Translations under genes and position numbers: made by a program
Part shown: positions 17,649 through 26,263 of the stretch, in pieces
How the letters are laid out: every line of letters begins with the position of its first letter
Position numbering within the stretch: the first letter of the stretch is position 1
Notes under the pieces: generated by a model
The model's input: the letters and a program-made list of their open reading frames with translations, nothing else
Database searches by the model: none
What the model was told of the DNA's origin: nothing
IMG/VR virus record: IMGVR_UViG_3300032753_000025
Span: 1 to 62,160 of that record
From: a virus
Taxonomy: Duplodnaviria; Caudoviricetes
Direction: 5' to 3' (one strand)
DNA: 62,160 nt

Positions 17649-17869
17649 TCTTCTCCCAATACCTCACGGGCGTAGCGTAGGTCGCCAACAGTTCCCGAGG
17701 CAGATGCCGTATCGCTAACATCAGCAGGTATCTGTTCCGCGTAGTAGGCAAATGGCTTGAGTGCCGCTTCAAGTTTCTTAATTCTCCTTGCCTGCGCTTC
17801 AATTGCGCAAGCCGCCTCTATATTCCAACTTCCGTAAAGAATTTTTACGATGTCGCTATAGTCAGTCAT
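17633..17869 (-). CDS. DLVKRLR-family paralogue
   Basis: MTDYSDIVKIL...AIEAQARRIKKLEAALKPFA...AREVLGEE. Confidence 0.75.
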   Translation of the reverse strand: MTDYSDIVKILYGSWNIEAACAIEAQARRIKKLEAALKPFAYYAEQIPADVSDTASASGTVGDLRYAREVLGEEWGEK

Positions 17870-18267
17870 TCCCCCTTCTCCAAATCTGATCTTTCCTCAA
17901 GATGCTGCAGAATATCCTCGCCCTCTCTAATAAAACTGTCAGGTATCTCTGTCGTCATTGTCAGTTCATTGCGTCTTGCCTCCGGCGAACTGCCGTATTT
18001 AAACAACTTTTCCATCCAATATTCTAACATCGCAATACGTCTCGACATTCGTTTACGGCTCCAAAGATAGGTATCACACTCGAATTTCATTTGATGTTCT
18101 AGTTCCTCAATCCGTTTTGCTTGCGCCTCAATAGCGTCTGCGGCTTCATCACAAGAACTTTCAGGCCAATATGTATCGCAACAACATTCACTGGCTGACT
18201 TAGCGGCACAAGTGCAGTTTAACTTTATGCCACGCAATCGCTTCACGAGGTCTGAATATTCACTCAC
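17866..18267 (-). CDS. DLVKRLR-family paralogue with Cys-rich insert
   Basis: GGAGATTGAC-GTG start; SEYSDLVKRLR...CTC...CCC...AIEAQAKRIEELE. Confidence 0.75.
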   Translation of the reverse strand: MSEYSDLVKRLRGIKLNCTCAAKSASECCCDTYWPESSCDEAADAIEAQAKRIEELEHQMKFECDTYLWSRKRMSRRIAMLEYWMEKLFKYGSSPEARRNELTMTTEIPDSFIREGEDILQHLEERSDLEKGE

Positions 18268-18278
18268 GTCAATCTCCA

Positions 18279-18737
18279 TTACATTTGTGTTTGAGCACCA
18301 TACAAAGCTAGTAACGCCGCCTCTGCCCTGCCGTGATCTTTCTTGCGGCGAAAATGTTCGCTCTTAGGCCACTGGCTAATTGCTAATGCGCGAGCCGCTT
18401 CTTTATCCGCCGAAAGGCCAAAGTGCCTTTTCCATTTACCGGGAGAGACATCAACGCGCCTAATGCCTGCAGAGCCAATAACGCCTTTCGCGACGCCATA
18501 TGCCATACCAAAATTGAAGACCGAACTAACGCCTTGCTTGGGCATGGCGTGAACAGCCTCAACAACAGCCATATCTGGCGCGTGATGCTTAATGAGCTCA
18601 AACAATGCCGTCGCATTTATTTCTTTTCCTATAATCGGCACGTCATACGCCGCAATGAGGTGGATGTCGTTTGTGTAGTAAAACGCCACGGCTCCTGACG
18701 CGCCAGGATCAACGCCCATTATGCATTTGTATGTCAT
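18279..18737 (-). CDS. RuvC-like Holliday junction resolvase
   Basis: MGVDPGASGA, AVVE, FNFG..YG, P.KWK and DHGRAEAALLA motifs. Confidence 0.88.
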   Translation of the reverse strand: MTYKCIMGVDPGASGAVAFYYTNDIHLIAAYDVPIIGKEINATALFELIKHHAPDMAVVEAVHAMPKQGVSSVFNFGMAYGVAKGVIGSAGIRRVDVSPGKWKRHFGLSADKEAARALAISQWPKSEHFRRKKDHGRAEAALLALYGAQTQM

Positions 18738-19225
18738 TCTTTTTCCTTTGGCCTGATGGCGGTTTTTAACTCATTTGAAATATCATCAAGCATAGAAGCA
18801 AATTTAATTATATGCTCTTCATATTCGTCGCTGACGTATCCATCTGTGTCTTGGCGACAAGCGTCTATAAGAAGTTCATGAATAGCTTTTTTTATGTCTA
18901 CGTGGACGTGATAGCCGTCTTCTGCAAACTCAGATAAATAGATCGTTAATTTCTCAGGATGTTCTGATATTTCCCAAAACCCTACAGTAAGATCTTCCTC
19001 TAACGCTATCTGAAGAACGTCGCTTGATATTTCTCTGACGCGGTCTTCCGTTTTTCCAATTGCCTTTTCTATATTATCCCTGGCTTTTTGGATTGTTCGT
19101 TCCATCATTGTTTCAAAATCATCAAAAGCATCTTCAATTTTTTTATCTATAGAAAAAAGATCCCAATGAGATAAATCGACCTTTCCTTCAAATGTAAGAC
19201 CCTTATTTCCATCGCGCTTATTCAT
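18734..19225 (-). CDS. Acidic hypothetical protein
   Basis: GGAAATTGAT-ATG start; first gene of the leftward operon. Confidence 0.7.
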   Translation of the reverse strand: MNKRDGNKGLTFEGKVDLSHWDLFSIDKKIEDAFDDFETMMERTIQKARDNIEKAIGKTEDRVREISSDVLQIALEEDLTVGFWEISEHPEKLTIYLSEFAEDGYHVHVDIKKAIHELLIDACRQDTDGYVSDEYEEHIIKFASMLDDISNELKTAIRPKEKE

Positions 19226-19254
19226 ATCAATTTCCCCTTAGTGCATATTTTGAC

Positions 19255-19325
19255 GCTCAAGCTGCCCTCCCGGATTTTTTTTGTCAAGTGGGTTGACGGG
19301 GCGGTTTTGTGTAGTCAGGGTGACA
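19255..19325. promoter_or_regulatory. Divergent promoter region
   Basis: Back-to-back TTGACA (- strand) and TTGACG (+ strand) between divergent operons. Confidence 0.5.
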
Positions 19326-19350
19326 CAAATCAAAATTGAGATTGGATATT

Positions 19351-20103
19351 ATGAAAAACCCGTTTGAAATCCACGGCATACCACACCTATCACCGTCAAC
19401 CTGCAACACATACGTCGGAAGCCCCGCCTCCTTTGTCCTTGAGAAATGCTTGAAGCAACGAGGCCAGGTAGGCTGCGCCGCATTCAGGGGGACCGCGGTA
19501 GAGGCCGGCATTGCTCACGGCCTAGAGACAGGAGCCTTAGACGATGAATGCATCCGCGTCGCAAATGAAAAGTTTTATGAGCTTTCTGCGATCTCCCAAG
19601 ACCCGCAAAAAGAAAAAGAGCGTGCAGCTGTTGCAGATATGGTCCGCGTCGGCCTCAAAGAGCTTAGACCTTATGGGCCTCCGACTGGCGCGCAAGGAAA
19701 GATCGAGTATCGGTTTGAGGGTCTCCTCGTCCCATTCATTGGTTACTTTGATTTTGAATGGCAAAATCACAAAATTATCGTAGACCTTAAAACGACACAC
19801 GCCATTCCGTCTAAGATAAAGACGAACCACGCGCGACAAGTGGCGTTATACACTGCCGCAAAGGGTAACGACCTTGATCCGCGTTTGGCTTACGTAAGCA
19901 CTAAAAAAAGCGCAGTTTATCGCTTGGAGAATGTTGAGGAGCACGTCGCGACGTTAGGCAGAATAGGACTTGCAATTCAAAAATTTCTATCTATCAGTGA
20001 CGATCCGATGGAACTTGCCGCGCTTGTTGTTCCTGATGTTGACAGCTTTTATTTTAATGATCCCTTTGCGCGACAGGCAGTCTTTGACATCTGGAAAATG
20101 TGA
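19351..20103 (+). CDS. PD-(D/E)XK exonuclease (RecB/Cas4-like)
   Basis: HLSPS, RGTAVE, IGYFD..IVDLKTT and QVALY motifs. Confidence 0.85.
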   Translation: MKNPFEIHGIPHLSPSTCNTYVGSPASFVLEKCLKQRGQVGCAAFRGTAVEAGIAHGLETGALDDECIRVANEKFYELSAISQDPQKEKERAAVADMVRVGLKELRPYGPPTGAQGKIEYRFEGLLVPFIGYFDFEWQNHKIIVDLKTTHAIPSKIKTNHARQVALYTAAKGNDLDPRLAYVSTKKSAVYRLENVEEHVATLGRIGLAIQKFLSISDDPMELAALVVPDVDSFYFNDPFARQAVFDIWKM

Positions 20104-20167
20104 GAGCTTCGTCCATTAAGGACAAGAGCAAGCGGCGGGCTAGATCGTCGCACAATGGAGAATAGTT

Positions 20168-20803
20168 ATGGCATTAGGCATTAATTACGAGAGCGCAGGC
20201 GGTGGTGATTTTTTACCTATCGTTAAATATGATGCCCGCGCCGGAAAGATGTTTCGCGTCGATCGCGTAAATGGCGAGAGCCAAAATACAGACATCTCAA
20301 GAACATTTAAGGCTGTCTTTGACCTGGAGAACCTTGAGACTGGTTGGATTGATTTTGAGAGCGGGGCTCCGCAGTTTGCAATGGCAGTCCTTGGGTCTGG
20401 CCCAAAGCCAGAGCAGCCAGGCGACACTTTCCGCGAAGGCGTCCGCTTCATTGTTAAGCTTGGCAAGGATTGCGGCGGCGACATTAGAGAGTTTGTGTCA
20501 ACCGCTAAGGCGTTCATGCGTGGCCTTGACCAGCTGCACGACGAATACAAGTCTCAGTCTTCTGCCAATGCAGGCAAATTGCCAATTGTATCACTTGAGG
20601 ATACAGTAGCAATCACTTCGGGTGAAGGGGCCCGTAAGTCGACGAACTACGCGCCAAAGTTCAAGATCACGGGTTGGGTTTCTCGTCCTGATGATCTTGT
20701 CCACAAGGAGCGTAGCTCGTCGGCTAAAGTATCAACAACGCCGCCGTCAACTGGCTCTACTAAAGTTTCGGCTCCCGCGGGTGGGGATGATGACTTTGGT
20801 TGA
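20168..20803 (+). CDS. Putative single-stranded DNA-binding protein
   Basis: Follows the exonuclease; NYAPKFKITGWV.RP motif; flexible S/T/P tail ending DDDFG. Confidence 0.65.
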   Translation: MALGINYESAGGGDFLPIVKYDARAGKMFRVDRVNGESQNTDISRTFKAVFDLENLETGWIDFESGAPQFAMAVLGSGPKPEQPGDTFREGVRFIVKLGKDCGGDIREFVSTAKAFMRGLDQLHDEYKSQSSANAGKLPIVSLEDTVAITSGEGARKSTNYAPKFKITGWVSRPDDLVHKERSSSAKVSTTPPSTGSTKVSAPAGGDDDFG

Positions 20804-20811
20804 TAAGAAAG

Positions 20812-20880
20812 ATTAGGTGGATTGTTTCCATCTAATAAAGGGGTGTGGTGTTACAACGCAAAGCCGCATCACACCCCGGC
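20812..20880 (+). terminator. Two hairpins downstream of ssb
   Basis: ATTAGGTGGA/TCCATCTAAT and GGGGTGTGGTG/CATCACACCCC stems. Confidence 0.45.
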
Positions 20881-20896
20881 TTAATAGGGAATTGAT

Positions 20897-21142
20897 ATGC
20901 GATTTTTAATAACGATGAACATGCCGTCTTACACAGATAACCTTGTTCACCAAATGCATGTCGAGCACAAATCATCAAACAGTCTTGAGGATTTTGTTCG
21001 CGCTCTTAACGAGAATGACTACGTAGTCGTTGAAGAGTTTTATAAAGATCGCTATTCGGCAAACTATATTAGTCGTGGCAATGTCGCGATTAATCATCGC
21101 TATGTGGGCAAGGTTAAAGTTTTTACCAATCAATATGTGTGA
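20897..21142 (+). CDS. Hypothetical protein
   Basis: GGGAATTGAT-ATG start. Confidence 0.7.
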   Translation: MRFLITMNMPSYTDNLVHQMHVEHKSSNSLEDFVRALNENDYVVVEEFYKDRYSANYISRGNVAINHRYVGKVKVFTNQYV

Positions 21143-21158
21143 GAAATAGGAGATAGAT

Positions 21159-21548
21159 ATGCATCACAAGGAAGCATTACTCACTGCCGCAAAAATCGTT
21201 GACGACAGATCAAAGCAATACGGATCACCTGACGCATGCTTTGAAATCATTGCGCGCATTGCAACGGCGACAATGGGTGAGGAATACACGCCTTACGATA
21301 TTGCAATGATCTTGCATTGCGTGAAGCTTGGCCGCATGCAGGAGAAGCGTGCGTATGAAGATAATTACGTTGACGCTATGAACTATTTGGCGTTTGCCGG
21401 TCAGTTTGCTGCCGGTCACGTCGCGTCAGAGATAGGCATGAAGGGCGTTGGGCTTCCGGGCAATACGCTTTCTTTTACGAAGAAAACAAAAAACGTCCCG
21501 GTAGACTTGGATGCTTTGTCCGATGAAATACTTGGCCCCGCCGAGTAA
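21159..21548 (+). CDS. DUF6378-like protein
   Basis: L..A..IV..R...YG.P...F..IA...VKLGR...DNYVD..NYLA pattern. Confidence 0.75.
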   Translation: MHHKEALLTAAKIVDDRSKQYGSPDACFEIIARIATATMGEEYTPYDIAMILHCVKLGRMQEKRAYEDNYVDAMNYLAFAGQFAAGHVASEIGMKGVGLPGNTLSFTKKTKNVPVDLDALSDEILGPAE

Positions 21549-21595
21549 TAACAATGGCCGCACACGTTGCGGCCTTTTTCACTGCAGGAGATAAT

Positions 21596-21793
21596 ATGTC
21601 TGACGATCCATACGCCGACGGCTACGCTGCCGGCACAAAAGCAGAATGGTCTAAGTGCGTTCAGGTTTGTGAAGCTTGGCAATCACAGACCTATATTCAG
21701 TCGAATTACGGTAATTATGGCGACTATGACCTGAAGGTCATTTTAAAGGTGGTTGGTCTTATCAAGCAGGACATTGAGAAGACAATACTTTAA
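21596..21793 (+). CDS. Hypothetical protein (MSDDPY...)
   Basis: AGGAGA RBS. Confidence 0.6.
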   Translation: MSDDPYADGYAAGTKAEWSKCVQVCEAWQSQTYIQSNYGNYGDYDLKVILKVVGLIKQDIEKTIL

Positions 21794-21803
21794 TGGAGGC
21801 TGC

Positions 21804-21989
21804 ATGCGCTCAATACTTTTGAGAGCTGACAAAATAGCATTCACTCTGGTAATATCGACCCTAATTATATTGCCAGTAATTGGATGCAGTGTAGACACAA
21901 ATGGGTATGAGTATAAGTCAAATGGTGTATACCGACCAGTGAAGTGCGAACCTACTTCGCCAATTGTAATAAAGTGTTACTCCAAATAG
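21804..21989 (+). CDS. Putative lipoprotein/membrane protein
   Basis: GGAGG RBS; hydrophobic stretch ending VIGC (lipobox-like). Confidence 0.55.
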   Translation: MRSILLRADKIAFTLVISTLIILPVIGCSVDTNGYEYKSNGVYRPVKCEPTSPIVIKCYSK

Positions 21990-21998
21990 GAACGGAAA

Positions 21999-22301
21999 AT
22001 GAGCTGGCCAGGTAGAGACATTGTTAAGCGTCTTAACGAATTGGCCAAGAGAGAGAGTAAGCTTTACCGCGTTATGTGCGGGCCTGTAATGATTGAGGCC
22101 GCGGAAGAAATTGTGCGGCTTCGCGAAGAAGTAAAAATATTAAGTGAAAGAATAACGCACGACGCAATTGGCTACGAGGCTGAGTGCGACAGACTGCAGA
22201 ATGAAATTGCGCGCGTAAATAACACGATATTTAAAATTAGCCATTACGCCGCTGACTTTGAGGAAGTTTTAGATATTATTAGAGCAGAGGCAAAGAGGTA
22301 A
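21999..22301 (+). CDS. DIVKRL/EAAEEI coiled-coil protein
   Basis: Motif related to the 16760-18267 family. Confidence 0.65.
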   Translation: MSWPGRDIVKRLNELAKRESKLYRVMCGPVMIEAAEEIVRLREEVKILSERITHDAIGYEAECDRLQNEIARVNNTIFKISHYAADFEEVLDIIRAEAKR

Positions 22302-22547
22302 TTACTTATCTATCTTGCCGCCTGGTATTGACGTTATCTCGTCTGCCGTTGGTATTGTCTTGAACGAGCGACGAACGGCCTTCAGCATCATGACTGCTTC
22401 CTTCTGCGCTTCGTCGTGCTTGATGTGATCCACCAAGGCAATAAGCTTTGTGAAGGAAATTACTCTTGCCGCGACTGCGTCTAGCGGAAATTCATCCACG
22501 TCTGACGTGTCGATCTCTGGGATATCGTCGTCGTCATATTCGCTCAT
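22302..22547 (-). CDS. Acidic hypothetical protein
   Basis: AGGGG RBS, downstream of the phosphoesterase. Confidence 0.65.
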   Translation of the reverse strand: MSEYDDDDIPEIDTSDVDEFPLDAVAARVISFTKLIALVDHIKHDEAQKEAVMMLKAVRRSFKTIPTADEITSIPGGKIDK

Positions 22548-22573
22548 GACTTGCCCCTTAAAACGGACGCTTC

Positions 22574-23890
22574 TTACGCCCTTCCCTTATATATACTTCC
22601 CTCATCCGGGGTCCCGACGACAAGTTTCCAGCGGCGAGCAACGCCGTGATCAGGATGAACGGAAATAAGCCACTGACAAGCAGGATGACTACGCATACGG
22701 CCAGAGCGAGAGTATTCAGAAGGGCCTGATAAACACCCATTGGCAAACCCCTGTTCTAGTTCCACAGGAGTGTGGAAGTGACCAACCATCACCCAGTCTA
22801 CCACAACTTGCTCAGATGCATAATCTTGTATGATACGCTGCATGCCCCTGGCGATCGTGGCGGAGGGGCCAATCATGCCCATGCCGCCCCGGCTGCCTAT
22901 TCTGTCGCCATGCGTGAAGAGAAAATTCCAGCCTGCTATATTGATTAATGCGTCGCCAGATATGGGAGCGGAGAAAGATATCCGCTTTGTTTGTCTTCCA
23001 GTAAACCAGCTCTCGACAAGCCAAGCGACCAAAGTATCATATGAGTTGACAACAAATCCTTTGGCTTCCGGTTTCTTAGTCGTTCGACCGTGATTTCCTG
23101 GGACGGAGACGACACGGATTTCACAGTCAAAGGAAGAGAGTAGAAGCTCCAGACCGGATATGAGATGCTGAGAAAGCTCACGCACAGCAGGAATAGCCAA
23201 AAGATCATTGGTTTTTGCCAGCTCTTCATGTATTTCCCCGGAGATTAAATCTCCGCAAAGTATAACGTATATGATGGCAGGAGGAGGGCCGGACCAATGA
23301 ACCGTGCCCATTTTGACGACGCTTTGAAATAGCCTCTGCAAGCGCTTTCCGCATATTTCTTTGCTGTAGGAGTTCCTGCCGCCCATTTGGTCTTTGTCGA
23401 TATACTCGCCCATGTGGACGTCGGATATCTGAAGAATAAGCGCCTCTTTTCTGACGCGTCCCGCCGTGTCCTTGGATGGCTTCCAGGGCTGAGGGTATAG
23501 TGGAGTAGCGGTAAGATTAAATACGCCCTCCCTGAGGGCCTCTGCGCTAATTGTAGTGCGCTCTGCGGCGGCTGCCCTGGCTTCAGCGCTGGCAAGCTTA
23601 TCCTTTAAGCGGCGGACCGTTAAGTGCTCCGCAGACTTCTCCTCTCCAGAAGAAGCAGGATCCTTGTAAAGAGACCAGTCTGGCTCAAGGCCGTATTCTG
23701 TTTCGGCGATTGCCAGTCTTCGGTGAACCGTTTGCGCGTGGACGCCCATCTTCTTCGCGGCAGTCGATATCGCCGTCCGCTCGTGGCTATTTGTTGGAAT
23801 GCCTTGTGGCTTGCAGCCTTCCTGCAGAAGGCTTTCTATTAATTTAATTAATTTTTTTAGGTCATCTTTTGAGGGGATTTCTCGCGCCAC
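22574..23890 (-). CDS. Calcineurin-like metallophosphoesterase with N-terminal HTH
   Basis: SDVH, GDL, GNHG, THGD and GHFH motifs. Confidence 0.9.
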   Translation of the reverse strand: MAREIPSKDDLKKLIKLIESLLQEGCKPQGIPTNSHERTAISTAAKKMGVHAQTVHRRLAIAETEYGLEPDWSLYKDPASSGEEKSAEHLTVRRLKDKLASAEARAAAAERTTISAEALREGVFNLTATPLYPQPWKPSKDTAGRVRKEALILQISDVHMGEYIDKDQMGGRNSYSKEICGKRLQRLFQSVVKMGTVHWSGPPPAIIYVILCGDLISGEIHEELAKTNDLLAIPAVRELSQHLISGLELLLSSFDCEIRVVSVPGNHGRTTKKPEAKGFVVNSYDTLVAWLVESWFTGRQTKRISFSAPISGDALINIAGWNFLFTHGDRIGSRGGMGMIGPSATIARGMQRIIQDYASEQVVVDWVMVGHFHTPVELEQGFANGCLSGPSEYSRSGRMRSHPACQWLISVHPDHGVARRWKLVVGTPDEGSIYKGRA

Positions 23891-24016
23891 TGTATTGACC
23901 TTTGGTTAAGTCTTACTAATGTTTGATTTGCGCATGAGGGGACGTCACAGAATTGTCAATAACGTCAATATGTTGCGCATCATACGTTAGAAATAGATAT
24001 ATAGCAAGGTGATGAA

Positions 24017-24505
24017 ATGATCGACGACGCAGCTAAAAATAAAATTATAGAAATGTGGAACGCCGGCAGTAGCGGCAGTGAAATAGCCACCGCCCTTAAC
24101 TTAACCAGGAACGCAATTCTTGGATTTATTCACAGACAAAGACGGAGCGGCGTTTTTGTGGAGGAAAGAACGTCTGGAAGAAATAACGAAAAAGAAAAGG
24201 CAGAGAAGAAAAAGGTTAAGATTGAAAAGAAAATAGAAGTAAAGCCAAAGATAAGAATGGAGATGCCAAGAGTAGATATAACAAGTGCCTTTGACATAAA
24301 CGAATACTTTAGCAAACCAATTACAGGCGTGTCACTGCTTGATCTGAGTTATTACTCATGCCGATTTATTGTAACAACAGAAAACGACAAGCCGCCAGTG
24401 TATTGTGGGGAGCGTGTTGACCGCGGTTCTTACTGCAAGCCTCACGCCGATCGTTGCTACATACCTGCCAGGGTTAAATTGGAGAAACTACTCGATCGCA
24501 GATAA
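24017..24505 (+). CDS. gcrA: GcrA-like cell-cycle transcription regulator
   Basis: W.AGSSGSEIA..L..TRNAILGFIHR HTH; LLDL....CRF...YCG....GSYC..H C-terminal domain. Confidence 0.9.
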   Translation: MIDDAAKNKIIEMWNAGSSGSEIATALNLTRNAILGFIHRQRRSGVFVEERTSGRNNEKEKAEKKKVKIEKKIEVKPKIRMEMPRVDITSAFDINEYFSKPITGVSLLDLSYYSCRFIVTTENDKPPVYCGERVDRGSYCKPHADRCYIPARVKLEKLLDRR

Positions 24506-24598
24506 TACGCCGTGAAACACGGCGCTTAAGCATCTGACAGTAAAAATCACAATGAGCAACGCGACAAAGGCCCGGAGAAGCATGTAGATCTTATTCAT
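24488..24598 (-). CDS. Single-TM micropeptide (36 aa) at the end of the late operon
   Basis: GGAGG RBS; MNKIYMLLRAFVALLIVIFTVRCLSAVFHGVLSAIE. Confidence 0.55.
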   Translation of the reverse strand: MNKIYMLLRAFVALLIVIFTVRCLSAVFHGVLSAIE

Positions 24599-24614
24599 GT
24601 CCTCCGGGTGCATA

Positions 24615-25415
24615 TTAGTTCCAGGATATTGTTATTGACCCGTCGCCGCCCTTGTCGCCACCGCCTCCATAATAACTACCGTCGTTATAGCATTGAAATA
24701 AATAATTTATATTCCTACCAACTCCTTGCCCCCCAGTTGAGCCGCCGCCGCCAACTGAATAGTTAATAACAGTTCCTACTGCTAAGCCACTGCCCCCAAG
24801 CAAAGGATTTGATAATGTTGCCGTAATTAATTGCCCAGCGCCACCGCTACCGCCATGAGATCCGCCACCAGTGCCTCCACCGCCATAAGAACCTCCATTT
24901 TTACCGTTATAGTTAGGGCTCCCTGTTGATCCAGCAGAGGAACATTTGACGGCTCCGCACCCACCACCACCACCACCACCGGCATTTGCTACATAACCAG
25001 ACCACCCAGAAGCAGTAAGGCTTGATTTCGTTCCATCTCCGCCGGAACCGCCGTTATCTCCTTGACAATAATTAGTATTAGCGGTTCCGCCACCACCTCC
25101 TCCGCCACCACCACCACCAGCCAATACGCTGAATGTGATTGTGTTGTAGGGAGGAATAGTAAATGTGCCAGAACCTGGCGTATACATTATTGATCCTGAC
25201 GGTATTTTTCTTGAGTTATAAAAAGAATAACCAGTTCCGCTAGGTATAGAAATACTGTTTGGCGCAAATGGAAATGCACTTGTCGTCGTGCCTGCGTCAT
25301 TTGTGTAAAGCTTGTTGCGATAGTCCCCAAGATTTGCGCCATACCCAAATTCATTGTTGATAGAATTGGATGCAGAGCCACCTAATGATAATGGGCCGCT
25401 CGCGGGCAGTGTCAT
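24615..25415 (-). CDS. Glycine-rich receptor-binding adhesin (gp38-like tip protein)
   Basis: TLPASGPLSL..INNEFG N-terminus, polyglycine tracts, GSITISW end; follows the fibre gene. Confidence 0.65.
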   Translation of the reverse strand: MTLPASGPLSLGGSASNSINNEFGYGANLGDYRNKLYTNDAGTTTSAFPFAPNSISIPSGTGYSFYNSRKIPSGSIMYTPGSGTFTIPPYNTITFSVLAGGGGGGGGGGGTANTNYCQGDNGGSGGDGTKSSLTASGWSGYVANAGGGGGGGCGAVKCSSAGSTGSPNYNGKNGGSYGGGGTGGGSHGGSGGAGQLITATLSNPLLGGSGLAVGTVINYSVGGGGSTGGQGVGRNINYLFQCYNDGSYYGGGGDKGGDGSITISWN

Positions 25416-26254
25416 TGATTATCCTCCAGCTCCATAACGCGTTCTTCAAGATTTGCTACTTCGTCAGTTAACTCCTGTATTGCATTCACAAGAAGACCGA
25501 CGATGTTTCCGTATGCAATGTGAAGCATTCCCTTATCGTCGTGATGAACAACAGACGGAAGAACGCCCATCACTTCTTGCGCAATAAGACCAATGTTTGG
25601 CCTGCCTGTTTCCTTGCTTGTATATTTAACGCCGCGCATTTGATTAACGATCATCAAGGCGTCGTCTAATGTTTCAATATTGTCCTTTAGTCTCTCGTCA
25701 GAGTAGGCAGTCACATTTCCTGTGGCAGTAATATTTCCACTTGTCGTGACGTTGCCGCCTGTTACTTGCAGCTGACCTGAGCCAACATTTAATCCATTTG
25801 ACGGCAAGTTAAGATTGCCAATCATTGTGCCGCCCGCAATCGATAAACGATCGCTAAGCGCGTAAAATATATTTCCAGTGACGCTAACATTGCCAGTGCT
25901 GTAAACAAGTGTCGCGTAGCCGCGTGTTAATAGAACGCCAGTTCCGCTTACAGTTTTCACTGTTACAGTGTATCCAGCGCCAGTGTCTGTCGTGTTGTTT
26001 GTGAATATCCAAAATCCGCCAGTGTTGTTTGGAATATTAACATTAAGATTTGTAGTAATTGCTCCGCTAAGATCAACGCGTGCATTTTGCACATCAGAGG
26101 CGGACATCGTGTAATCTGAGCTAGTAAGAGATATCGGCAAGCCAGAACCAAGACATGCGTCTAGATATCCAAAATTAAGATTAAGAGGAATATCCCACGT
26201 TGGCGACGTCTGATTGTATGTAGGTTGATACAAGCCCTTATTCTGCGTAGTCAT
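25412..26254 (-). CDS. Tail fibre with intramolecular chaperone (peptidase S74)
   Basis: AYSDERLKDNI...GLIAQEV..VLP..V...Y..IVGLLVNAIQEL. Confidence 0.9.
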   Translation of the reverse strand: MTTQNKGLYQPTYNQTSPTWDIPLNLNFGYLDACLGSGLPISLTSSDYTMSASDVQNARVDLSGAITTNLNVNIPNNTGGFWIFTNNTTDTGAGYTVTVKTVSGTGVLLTRGYATLVYSTGNVSVTGNIFYALSDRLSIAGGTMIGNLNLPSNGLNVGSGQLQVTGGNVTTSGNITATGNVTAYSDERLKDNIETLDDALMIVNQMRGVKYTSKETGRPNIGLIAQEVMGVLPSVVHHDDKGMLHIAYGNIVGLLVNAIQELTDEVANLEERVMELEDNQ

Positions 26255-26263
26255 TGTCTATCC

